A DNA stretch of 64,000 bases from a virus (lineage: Duplodnaviria; Heunggongvirae; Uroviricota; Caudoviricetes), in IMG/VR virus record IMGVR_UViG_3300027985_001053, one strand, 5' to 3'. Below, piece by piece: positions 19,283-27,443 of the stretch. A program made the translations under genes and the position numbers. How positions within the stretch are numbered: the stretch's first letter is position 1; every line of letters starts with the position of its first letter. Under the pieces are notes generated by a model. The model was not told the DNA's origin, searched no databases, and saw only the letters and a list, made by a program, of their open reading frames with translations.

Positions 19283-19579
19283 ATGATAAAAATGATAGTC
19301 CAAGACACGTATACAAAGAGAGATATAAACGGAAACGTTTATCACGCAATTACAATTATCAACCTTGAAAATAGAGAATCCTTTACTACTAGTTCTCCCA
19401 ACTTAAGTAATGTTACCAGTATTTTGCAGAAAGCTGGTTTCGATTATAGTCAGATTTACACAATTGAAACTTGTACAGGATCGGCAAGGCATAGCTCTTT
19501 ACCAAAAAGTATATACCTTGATCCTTGCAGGTATACGGAAGAATGGAAAAAACAATTAATAGGAATTAATTGTTTATAG
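19283..19579 (+). CDS. hypothetical protein
   Basis: ATG at 19283 with gaggag RBS. Confidence 0.45.
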   Translation: MIKMIVQDTYTKRDINGNVYHAITIINLENRESFTTSSPNLSNVTSILQKAGFDYSQIYTIETCTGSARHSSLPKSIYLDPCRYTEEWKKQLIGINCL

Positions 19580-19582
19580 GAT

Positions 19583-19612
19583 GTTAAGAGGTATTCATAA
19601 ACCTCTTAATAT
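19583..19612 (+). terminator. hairpin aagaggt-attcataa-acctctt followed by aatattt
   Basis: inverted repeat after the stop of the 19283 gene. Confidence 0.4.
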
Positions 19613-19644
19613 TTAAAATTAAGATGACGACAAAAGAGGATAAT

Positions 19645-20484
19645 ATGGAATATACTTTAGAAGAACTGAATAAAATGATGGATGGAAACTATGGAAACTT
19701 AGATTTAAACTTCAATGATACTAAAGAAATATCATTACCGATATCGTTACCTAAAGGGTTAACTGCTCGAGGATGGTTAGATTTAGCTCATACGGAAATT
19801 GAATCATTACCTGAAGGGTTAACGGTTAGGGGTACCTTATATTTAAGATATACCCCAATTATAGAATTACCAGAAGGGTTAACTGTAGGAAGAACCTTAG
19901 ATTTAGAAGGTACTCCAATTAAATCTTTACCAAAAGGGTTAACCGTAGGAGGAGACTTAAATTTAAAATATACTAAAATTAAATCACTACCAAGAGATTT
20001 AAAAGTTGGTGGAAAAATCTACAGTGATTTACCTAAAAATGAACTAAATTACACAAAACTTCAACAAGGTGAGTATGTTGAAAATTCATACCTATATGCC
20101 GATGAAATATTCACTCTTGTTAAATCTAAAAAGTCTTTTGATAAATACACATATTTTATTGGAGAGTTTAAAGGTCAAAACGTACTTTATGATGGTACTT
20201 ATTACGCACATTGTGAAAACATCAAGAAAGGACTTAGGGATCTTAACTTCAAACATTCTCAAGATAGAAGAATTGAACAATACAAAAATTTAAAATTAAC
20301 AAGTAATCTATCTTTTGATGAATCAAAAACGATGTACAGAATTTTAACTGGAGCATGTAGGCAAGGTACTGAAAGTTTCATTAGTAACTTAAAAACAATA
20401 AAAGATCAGTATACAATACAGGAATTAATAGATCTAACTGTTAATCAATATGGGCATGAAGTTTTTAAGAAGTTTTTTAAATAA
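19645..20484 (+). CDS. LRR-family protein (5-6 repeats plus conserved C-terminal domain)
   Basis: MEYTLEELNKMM leader; RBS agaggataat identical to other family members; ORF-track start 19624 includes the RBS. Confidence 0.6.
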   Translation: MEYTLEELNKMMDGNYGNLDLNFNDTKEISLPISLPKGLTARGWLDLAHTEIESLPEGLTVRGTLYLRYTPIIELPEGLTVGRTLDLEGTPIKSLPKGLTVGGDLNLKYTKIKSLPRDLKVGGKIYSDLPKNELNYTKLQQGEYVENSYLYADEIFTLVKSKKSFDKYTYFIGEFKGQNVLYDGTYYAHCENIKKGLRDLNFKHSQDRRIEQYKNLKLTSNLSFDESKTMYRILTGACRQGTESFISNLKTIKDQYTIQELIDLTVNQYGHEVFKKFFK

Positions 20485-20498
20485 AAAGTTGTACTTTT

Positions 20499-20539
20499 CA
20501 CTTGTTTATGTTGACTAAAATATAAATAAGTGATAAGAT
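20499..20539 (+). promoter_or_regulatory. promoter family A copy 1 (TTGACT 20511..20516, 17 bp, TAAGAT 20534..20539) inside palindrome cacttgtttat/ataaataagtg
   Basis: five copies in total. Confidence 0.6.
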
Positions 20540-20546
20540 TATTATA

Positions 20547-20592
20547 AGCTTATAATGGTTTTATATAGTAGTTCGATGCTACTAACAAGGTA
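20547..20592 (+). ncRNA. tRNA-like minihelix leader, copy 3 (T-arm intact, acceptor 3' strand degenerate)
   Basis: tagtag-TTCGATG-ctacta; 5' strand agcttat lies within palindrome tataagcttata. Confidence 0.35.
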
Positions 20593-20603
20593 AGGAGATT
20601 TTT

Positions 20604-20924
20604 ATGATTATGGCATTTAAAAGATATCTAGAAATAAATGATTTTACGCTTATAGATTGTATTGCTTTAGAAAATAGCACCTATCAAATTTCTTATTATG
20701 ATAATAAGAGCAAGGCAATAAAAACAAAACTTGTACCAAAATATAAAAAGTCTTATACGCTAAGATATGTTAATAGAAATGAAGTTTTTTATGTAGATTT
20801 TAGTCCTATGACTTCAAAGGAAGCTAAAATTATTAAAAATAATTCTCTGTTTTATCCTAACCGAACAATAGATATTGTTCCATATGGTTTTTATCTTGAG
20901 TGGAAAAATGGGCAATTGCTATAA
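20604..20924 (+). CDS. hypothetical protein
   Basis: 106 aa; RBS aaggagat. Confidence 0.45.
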   Translation: MIMAFKRYLEINDFTLIDCIALENSTYQISYYDNKSKAIKTKLVPKYKKSYTLRYVNRNEVFYVDFSPMTSKEAKIIKNNSLFYPNRTIDIVPYGFYLEWKNGQLL

Positions 20925-20938
20925 AATAGCATATAACA

Positions 20939-20984
20939 AGCTTGTAATGGTTTTATATAGTAGTTCGATTCTACTAGCAAGCTA
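20939..20984 (+). ncRNA. tRNA-like minihelix leader, copy 4 (agcttgt/gcaagct; tagtag-TTCGATT-ctacta)
   Basis: same architecture, followed by RBS agaggag and an ATG. Confidence 0.5.
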
Positions 20985-21008
20985 TAAATCAAAATAGAGG
21001 AGTTAAAT

Positions 21009-21239
21009 ATGTTTACAAAAAGAAATAGAATTTCCAGTATCGAGAAAAAGTTAAATATCCGAACGGAATTAAAACTTAAAGATTATAGTGATAGTTTAAA
21101 TTCTACTTTTAAAGTATTTAGACTAATCGATGAGTATCCTACAAATACGACAGGAATCTATAAATCAACTGGTCAGAAATATGAATATGATGGTATTTTT
21201 ACTAAGCAACAATTGATTGACGAATGCAACAAACTATAA
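21009..21239 (+). CDS. hypothetical protein
   Basis: 76 aa ORF. Confidence 0.4.
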   Translation: MFTKRNRISSIEKKLNIRTELKLKDYSDSLNSTFKVFRLIDEYPTNTTGIYKSTGQKYEYDGIFTKQQLIDECNKL

Positions 21240-21264
21240 ATCAGATTTTTAGGAGTGATGAAAA

Positions 21265-21690
21265 ATGGATTATGAAACTTTAATAAATAACAAGATCGAA
21301 CAGCATAAAAAATTAAAACAAGAAAAAAAGGATAAAAGGACTTCTCAAGAAATAAGACTTGAGGAAGTAGCTAATCAAATTGAAAAGTTTTATGAAGCTA
21401 TAGACAAAAGTAACTTAAGATTTAACAAAAATAACTCTATAGAGAGTGTAACCTTTAAACAGCTATTTCATAAAAACAATATGCTACTCCGTAGATCTAC
21501 AGGTACCGAAATTAAGTTTAAAACACCTATTTTAAGATACGAACATCTTACACTAATGTTAAATAGCAATCTAGACTTGATATTTGTATTAAGTTCTATG
21601 TATGCTTCGAGTACACCAAATAAAATATTTAGAAATATTGACGATTTAATTGGTTTTATGACTACTAAAATTATTGATATGAGCATATAG
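21265..21690 (+). CDS. hypothetical protein
   Basis: 141 aa ORF. Confidence 0.4.
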   Translation: MDYETLINNKIEQHKKLKQEKKDKRTSQEIRLEEVANQIEKFYEAIDKSNLRFNKNNSIESVTFKQLFHKNNMLLRRSTGTEIKFKTPILRYEHLTLMLNSNLDLIFVLSSMYASSTPNKIFRNIDDLIGFMTTKIIDMSI

Positions 21691-21705
21691 AAAAAGGAGT
21701 TTAAG

Positions 21706-21999
21706 ATGAATATAGAACTAATTGTAAATAATGAACCATGTTGGTTACATGATGTAAGATTTAATGCAGAAGCGTTAAATGATTATTTAACATATGATGG
21801 TGATAATTACCATATATCAGAAACTGATTTTAATTGGTGGTCGGAATATAACAATAAATATAATAATGCCGATGATAAATTAAAAGAGCTGTTTGAGAAA
21901 AATGAAGAGTTAAAAGAGGAATTCTTCCATTTTATCATAGAGAAAGATTTTAATGATTACCCTGAGCAAATTCTTTATTTTATAGAGTTGAATAAATAA
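21706..21999 (+). CDS. hypothetical acidic protein
   Basis: 97 aa; RBS aaggag. Confidence 0.4.
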   Translation: MNIELIVNNEPCWLHDVRFNAEALNDYLTYDGDNYHISETDFNWWSEYNNKYNNADDKLKELFEKNEELKEEFFHFIIEKDFNDYPEQILYFIELNK

Positions 22000-22025
22000 G
22001 GTTTTTAGTTAAAATGTGTACTTTT

Positions 22026-22066
22026 CACTTATTTATGTTGACTAAAATATAAATAATTGGTAAGAT
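22026..22066 (+). promoter_or_regulatory. promoter family A copy 2 (TTGACT 22038..22043, TAAGAT 22061..22066)
   Basis: conserved cassette; right palindrome arm partly degenerate. Confidence 0.55.
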
Positions 22067-22096
22067 TATTACAAGATAAAGACAAGAGAGGATGTT

Positions 22097-22858
22097 ATGG
22101 AATATACTTTAGAAGAACTAAATAAAATGATGGAAGAGAATGATGGAAACTTAAGTTTATATAATACTCCGATTAAATCATTACCAGAAGGGTTAAAGGT
22201 TGGAGGTTGGTTAGATTTAAGAAATACCCCAATTAAATCGTTACCAGAAGGATTAACAGTTGGAGGATATTTAGATTTAGAAAATACTGAAATTGAATCT
22301 TTACCAGAAGGATTAACCGTTGGAGGATATTTAGCTTTAAGGTATGCTCCAATTACAACGCTACCAGAAGATTTAAAAGTTGGAGGTACCATATTTAGGG
22401 ATTTACCTGAAAATGAACTCAATTATACAAAACTTAAACAAGGTGATTATGTTAAAGATGAATATCTATATGCCGATGAAATCTTAACTCACATTAAAGC
22501 TAAAAAATCTTTTGATAAGTACACATATTTTATTGGTAAATTTAAAGATAAAAACGTACTTTATGATGGAACTTATTATGCTCACTGTAAAAACATCAAA
22601 CAAGGAATTAAGGATCTTAGCTTCAAACATGCTAAAGATAGAAGAATTGAACAATACAGAAATCTCAAGCTAACAAGTATTCTATCTTTTGAAGAATCAA
22701 AAACAATGTATCGAGTTTTAACTGGAGCATGTAGGCAAGGAACTGAAAGCTTTATTAGTAACTTAAAAACAATAAAAGATCAGTATACAGTACAGGAATT
22801 ACTAGATCTAACTGTTAATCAATATGGGCATGAAACTTTTAAGAAGTTTTTTAGTTAA
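22097..22858 (+). CDS. LRR-family protein (4 repeats plus C-terminal domain)
   Basis: MEYTLEELNKMM leader; C-terminal YTYFIGKFKDKNVLYDGTYYAHCKNIKQG...TGACRQGTESF. Confidence 0.6.
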   Translation: MEYTLEELNKMMEENDGNLSLYNTPIKSLPEGLKVGGWLDLRNTPIKSLPEGLTVGGYLDLENTEIESLPEGLTVGGYLALRYAPITTLPEDLKVGGTIFRDLPENELNYTKLKQGDYVKDEYLYADEILTHIKAKKSFDKYTYFIGKFKDKNVLYDGTYYAHCKNIKQGIKDLSFKHAKDRRIEQYRNLKLTSILSFEESKTMYRVLTGACRQGTESFISNLKTIKDQYTVQELLDLTVNQYGHETFKKFFS

Positions 22859-22872
22859 AAAGTTGTACTTTT

Positions 22873-22913
22873 CACGTATCTATGTTGACTAAAATATAGA
22901 TACGTGATAATAT
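22873..22913 (+). promoter_or_regulatory. promoter family A copy 3 (TTGACT 22885..22890, TAATAT 22908..22913); palindrome arms cacgtatctat/atagatacgtg
   Basis: both palindrome arms differ from other copies by matching changes. Confidence 0.6.
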
Positions 22914-22943
22914 TATTACAAGATAAAGAAAAGAGAGGATAAT

Positions 22944-23558
22944 ATGGAATATACTTTAGATGTGTTGAATAAAATGATGGAAGAGAATGATGGAGACTTA
23001 GATTTAAAACATACTGGGATTGAATCGTTACCAGAAGGGTTAACAGTTGGAGGATATTTAGATTTAAGCTATACTTCAATTACATCATTACCTAATGGGT
23101 TAACTGTTGGAGGATGGTTAGATTTAAGAAATACTCAAATTACAACACTACCAGAAGGGTTAACGGTTGGAGGTAGCGTATATTTAAGATATACTCAAAT
23201 TACATCGTTACCTAAAGGATTAACGGTTGGAGGAACCTTAGATTTAGAAGGTACTACAATTACATCGTTACCAAAAGGATTAACCGTTGAAGGAAGCTTA
23301 TATTTAGACTATTCTCGAATAACTTCATTACCAGAAGGGTTAACTGTTGGAGGTTGGTTAGATTTAAGTTATGCTCCAATTGAATCGTTACCAGAAGGGT
23401 TAACTGTTGGAGAAATCTTATATTTAGAAGGTACTAAAATAACATCGTTACCACAAGATTTAAAAGTTGGTGATAAAATCTACGGAGATTTACCAAAGAA
23501 GGAACTACACTGCACAAAACTCCAACAGGACGATTATATTGCATTTGAATACCTATAA
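22944..23558 (+). CDS. LRR-family protein (8 repeats), C-terminal domain deleted
   Basis: ends ...YIAFEYL*; the following 23559..23600 encodes a remnant LAPVKSKKFFS* of the family C-terminus. Confidence 0.55.
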   Translation: MEYTLDVLNKMMEENDGDLDLKHTGIESLPEGLTVGGYLDLSYTSITSLPNGLTVGGWLDLRNTQITTLPEGLTVGGSVYLRYTQITSLPKGLTVGGTLDLEGTTITSLPKGLTVEGSLYLDYSRITSLPEGLTVGGWLDLSYAPIESLPEGLTVGEILYLEGTKITSLPQDLKVGDKIYGDLPKKELHCTKLQQDDYIAFEYL

Positions 23559-23619
23559 GCGGAAGGAATCTTAGCTCCTGTTAAATCTAAGAAGTTTTTT
23601 AGTTAAAATGTGTACTTTT

Positions 23620-23660
23620 CACTTATTTATGTTGACTAAAATATAAATAAGTGATAAGAT
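23620..23660 (+). promoter_or_regulatory. promoter family A copy 4 (TTGACT 23632..23637, TAAGAT 23655..23660)
   Basis: palindrome cacttatttat/ataaataagtg. Confidence 0.6.
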
Positions 23661-23690
23661 TATTACAAGATAAAGAAAAGAGAGGATAAT

Positions 23691-24008
23691 ATGAAAAGTT
23701 TTAGAGAAATGAGTCCTAAGGAATGGAGTGAAGCAGTAGAGAAACTAGCTAGTGATTTATCAAATACAGACTTAAATGTATTCCGAGAAAGTACATTGAG
23801 AAGAATGTATGCTGATATGTATGGTGTAGATGATGATATAGAAAGAGCTTATTCCATAGAGGATATAAAGAACTGTTTATATGACGAGGATATTACTGAT
23901 GAACAAGCTGATAAAATATCCATCTGGCTAGAGACTAAAGGAGATAGTACTCTTACATTTTGGGAGAATATAACGAATGCTTATGATACATTAAAGGAGG
24001 AGTTCTAA
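23691..24008 (+). CDS. hypothetical acidic protein
   Basis: 105 aa, same 5'UTR as the LRR genes. Confidence 0.45.
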   Translation: MKSFREMSPKEWSEAVEKLASDLSNTDLNVFRESTLRRMYADMYGVDDDIERAYSIEDIKNCLYDEDITDEQADKISIWLETKGDSTLTFWENITNAYDTLKEEF

Positions 24009-24565
24009 TGGTATACATACTTTACAGCAATAAAATAAAATATCTGCATAGTCTGGAAGGAAAAGAGATTAACAAAAGTGATTTAGAATCTCTAGGTACT
24101 ACTTACATGCCAATAACTGATTTTACTGAGTTGTTTAATAATGATTATGATGCTATTAAAAGCATGAATCGTAACGGTCACATAACATATATTAACGTAA
24201 AAGAAAATAAGTCTGATACTCATAATGAAGTATTATATAAAGAAATAACAGCAAGCCGTCAAATATACTTAATAGACAATACTTATTTTGTATATAATCA
24301 TGAGTTTACATATTTCAATGTAGCTTTAGATGAAAAGAGTTGTTTGAACAGTAGTAATAGTTTAGGGTCTTTTGATACTGAAGAACTTGCTATGGAGTTT
24401 ATAGATAAACTTCAATCAGAAAATAAGTCTGATACTCCAGAAATCGTAAAAGACTTAAATACGATAAAAGAGTTTGTTTTAAGATTTGATACTCCTGATG
24501 ATTTAGATTTAGAAGTATCAAAATTACTAGATAAATATATTGCTAAATATTCGAGAGGAGAATAG
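24008..24565 (+). CDS. hypothetical protein
   Basis: 185 aa; start overlaps the previous stop. Confidence 0.45.
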   Translation: MVYILYSNKIKYLHSLEGKEINKSDLESLGTTYMPITDFTELFNNDYDAIKSMNRNGHITYINVKENKSDTHNEVLYKEITASRQIYLIDNTYFVYNHEFTYFNVALDEKSCLNSSNSLGSFDTEELAMEFIDKLQSENKSDTPEIVKDLNTIKEFVLRFDTPDDLDLEVSKLLDKYIAKYSRGE

Positions 24566-24566
24566 A

Positions 24567-24950
24567 ATGAGACATAGCATAAAAAATGAAATCGTGGCTG
24601 GTTTTAAAACAGCTTTATTATGGATACACCAAGAAGATTTTGAAGATATCGATACTTTTTCAGATTCTGCTGAATTGTTTATTGATAACTTAGTAAAGGA
24701 TTTTATCAAAGAGACTAATCTCTTTGACCTAATGGGAGCTTTTACACCTTTAAACGATGAATACTCTATAGGGGAACTTATAGGACATGATTTGTTTTTA
24801 TCGGTGGGAGGATTTGGAGCTGGTTTCTTGAGTAAACCTAATATCTATAATGGTTTCGAAAATAATCTTGATAACTTTGTAGAAAAAAAGGTTACATGGA
24901 TAAACGATATTTTCATAAATGATGAAAGTCATGTTATAGAGATAGAGTAA
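24567..24950 (+). CDS. hypothetical protein
   Basis: ATG at 24567 with gagaggag RBS (ORF-track start 24540 lacks one). Confidence 0.4.
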   Translation: MRHSIKNEIVAGFKTALLWIHQEDFEDIDTFSDSAELFIDNLVKDFIKETNLFDLMGAFTPLNDEYSIGELIGHDLFLSVGGFGAGFLSKPNIYNGFENNLDNFVEKKVTWINDIFINDESHVIEIE

Positions 24951-25037
24951 TAAATGTTGGTACTTTTTACTAGGGAAAAAGTAGTAGTTTTTAGATAAGA
25001 GTAGTAAATATTACAGTTTTAAGAGAGGATAAAGAAG

Positions 25038-25664
25038 ATGTTTAAAGAAAATGATTTAGTAAAATCTAAAGTAAGTAGTGAAATCTATACAGTTCAAAAG
25101 GTTTCAGATTATGTTGTACTAAGTAATGGTGGTAGATACTTAGAGGAAGAGCTTAGAGAAGCTACTAAAGAGGATCTATACCAAGAGTTGGAATCTAAAG
25201 TAAGAGTTTGGGTTAATAGAGAGTTTAACAGTATTCCTTTAAGATTAGTGGAAGCTCTGGTAGAAAATGAAGGACAGAATTTATCAGAGTTTATACATCC
25301 TTTAGACTGTTTAGACATTAAAGAATCTATTGAAAATATATCTTCCCAGCTTGAGGATGATGATTTTTCAGAAGAGGATAGAGAGTATTTAGAAGAGGAG
25401 TTGCAAACTCTTAATGAAAAGTTAGATAGCTTAAACGATGACAATTATCCTTTACATGGTACATTGTTTGAGTTGAACTCTACAGATGAAGATATTATAG
25501 AAGCAGCTAAGAAAATAGGACTAGGAGTTATATCTGGGAATGATTACTTTAACTCTATGTTATTTATGACAGAAACTGGAAGCAACTTCTATAGAAAGTT
25601 TTGGATACCTTTATTCTTGGAGCTATATCCTGATACTAGGTATGATGGTATAGAGATAGGTTAA
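25038..25664 (+). CDS. hypothetical highly acidic protein
   Basis: 208 aa, D/E-rich. Confidence 0.45.
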   Translation: MFKENDLVKSKVSSEIYTVQKVSDYVVLSNGGRYLEEELREATKEDLYQELESKVRVWVNREFNSIPLRLVEALVENEGQNLSEFIHPLDCLDIKESIENISSQLEDDDFSEEDREYLEEELQTLNEKLDSLNDDNYPLHGTLFELNSTDEDIIEAAKKIGLGVISGNDYFNSMLFMTETGSNFYRKFWIPLFLELYPDTRYDGIEIG

Positions 25665-25738
25665 AGAGAGTGTTATTATATCCTTCTACCGTTGGTGGAA
25701 GGTAGTATTACTAATATGAGTTATGGAGATAAATAGAT

Positions 25739-25957
25739 ATGGAAAATATACTAATTAAAGATGTGGTATTACTGAATACTGTAATAGATTTTACAATGGC
25801 ATTAAACAATGTATCTGTAAAGGATTTAAAAGATATGGAGCTATCTAAGGCTGTTGATTATGTTATAGGGTTAATTCCTGAAACTAAGAAAGATGAAATG
25901 GATATTGATAATTTGCATGAAGTAGTTGAATACTGCTTGATAAACAAATTAAGCTAA
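25739..25957 (+). CDS. hypothetical protein
   Basis: 72 aa ORF. Confidence 0.35.
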   Translation: MENILIKDVVLLNTVIDFTMALNNVSVKDLKDMELSKAVDYVIGLIPETKKDEMDIDNLHEVVEYCLINKLS

Positions 25958-26161
25958 TAGAATTATGGTTAAAGTAGGCTTTAATGTTTATTTTAACCAA
26001 TCAAAACTTTTCCTAGAGCGTAGACTGTACTTTTTACCTCTAGGAGTTGACTAAAAATCATTTTACTGTTTATTTTATAATTTATTTAATTGGTAAATTT
26101 CACCAATTGACTGGCGAGATTTACCAATCGAAAAAATTAAATAAAAATCATAGCTTTTTGA

Positions 26162-26190
26162 TTGACACAACAGTATATGTATGTTAATAT
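26162..26190 (+). promoter_or_regulatory. sigma70-like promoter TTGACA, 17 bp, TAATAT
   Basis: gattgacacaacagtatatgtatgttaatatt; inverted repeat ttggtaaat/atttaccaa upstream at 26088..26140. Confidence 0.5.
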
Positions 26191-26213
26191 TATTACATAA
26201 AGGAGATAATCAG

Positions 26214-26690
26214 ATGGATTTAAGAGCAATAGATACTTTAGTACTACCAATGACAGATAAGAGATATTTAGTATGTTCTTTTGATGGTAATGAGTTATCA
26301 TCTCTAAAGGATATATGTGATATGGAGACTAATACCTTGGATAAGGCTTTAAAACTTTGTGGAATATTATCTGAGAAGTATGAGGTATGTTTTGTATATG
26401 ATATATTACATGGAAGGGTATCGTATACAGGAGTGACAACACCTTCTGGATGTTTTGTTAAGAAGATACAGTATGATTTGATAGAGTCTTATTTTAGAAA
26501 TATTTATCATATAGAGGATCTTTATAGAGTAGGTTTTATAGGAGCTAAGGATATGCTTATAGATACTTTTCCTAAAGATACTTTATTTACGATGGTACCA
26601 GGTTTAAGTGTTGTTGTAGCGTATACTAGAGAGTTTAATGTAATATATGATAAGTTTGTTACTACTTATCAAGTAATAGGGACTATTTAA
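26214..26690 (+). CDS. hypothetical protein
   Basis: ATG at 26214 with aaggagata RBS. Confidence 0.45.
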   Translation: MDLRAIDTLVLPMTDKRYLVCSFDGNELSSLKDICDMETNTLDKALKLCGILSEKYEVCFVYDILHGRVSYTGVTTPSGCFVKKIQYDLIESYFRNIYHIEDLYRVGFIGAKDMLIDTFPKDTLFTMVPGLSVVVAYTREFNVIYDKFVTTYQVIGTI

Positions 26691-26695
26691 AGTCT

Positions 26696-26965
26696 TTGCT
26701 TTATGCTATGGTGGAGGTAAATACTATGCTAACAGGATATAGAAGATTTAAAACGATTGTTGATTTACTTAAGAGACAATCGGAGGCTTATACTAAGATT
26801 CATAGTGTGAATGCTTGGGTATATGATTATGGAACTTCTGAAGAGATTAAAGAGCATAATAAAGTAATTAGAGAAGGCTCTGAGGAATTAAGAGTTGTTG
26901 AGGAAGAACTTAAAGCTTTAGATGTTACCTTTGAAGAAGTAACACATGCTTATAGATGTTACTAG
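26696..26965 (+). CDS. hypothetical protein
   Basis: 89 aa ORF. Confidence 0.4.
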   Translation: MLYAMVEVNTMLTGYRRFKTIVDLLKRQSEAYTKIHSVNAWVYDYGTSEEIKEHNKVIREGSEELRVVEEELKALDVTFEEVTHAYRCY

Positions 26966-27067
26966 TCTAACTTTAAGATGTGTATTAGTGGTTTTAAAGT
27001 ATTTAATGCTTTAGAGTTTAATAAGAGTATATCTAAGTATACTACATTATATAGAGGAGTTGTTATA

Positions 27068-27309
27068 TGAAGAAAATAACACAATTAGCAAATAATCAAT
27101 TAACTTATACAGATGGAGATAAAAGAGTATTTCAAAGCTATAATACTATTATTGCAGTAATTGAGAATGGTAAAACATTCTTAGACGAAACCTCGTGAAA
27201 TTATTCAAAGACTACAGCCAAGTGGAGAAATATCTTTTTAAATATGACTACTGAGGAGACAAAGAAAGCTATCAAAGAAGGTGATACCACTCTTAAGGAT
27301 CTTAATTAG
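27068..27309 (+). pseudogene. small ORF interrupted by an in-frame TGA at 27196..27198
   Basis: MKKITQLANNQLTYTDGDKRVFQSYNTIIAVIENGKTFLDETS*NYSKTTAKWRNIFLNMTTEETKKAIKEGDTTLKDLN; RBS ggaggagt upstream. Confidence 0.35.
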
Positions 27310-27372
27310 CTAATGCAGAAATCAACCTACGATTACTTTTTAAGAAGTTTTTAATTAAAAAGTCGTAATTAT

Positions 27373-27413
27373 CACTTATTTATGTTGACTAAAGCATAAA
27401 TAAGAGATAATAT
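27373..27413 (+). promoter_or_regulatory. promoter family A copy 5 (TTGACT 27385..27390, TAATAT 27408..27413)
   Basis: conserved cassette with palindrome. Confidence 0.6.
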
Positions 27414-27443
27414 TATTACAAGATAAAGAAAAGAGAGGATACT

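Noticed and set aside
16672-20984. Full tRNA genes, given the GTTCGAATC T-loop consensus
   Set aside because: Elements are only about 45 nt, with acceptor stem plus T-arm and no D-arm or anticodon arm; they are tRNA-like minihelices rather than tRNAs
22069-22422. Minus-strand ORFs inside LRR genes (also 28535..28729, 20092..20280)
   Set aside because: Antisense shadow ORFs produced by the repetitive LRR coding sequence on the + strand; no RBS; they overlap a far better supported gene
25665-25720. Terminator after 25038..25664 (hairpin ccttctacc-gtt-ggtggaagg)
   Set aside because: The hairpin is present but is not followed by a T-run; a weak candidate only
9411-27198. Alternative genetic code (TGA=Trp, code 4), suggested by two in-frame TGAs
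   Set aside because: TGA is used as a bona fide stop (for example 3237..3239), and all long genes are intact under code 11
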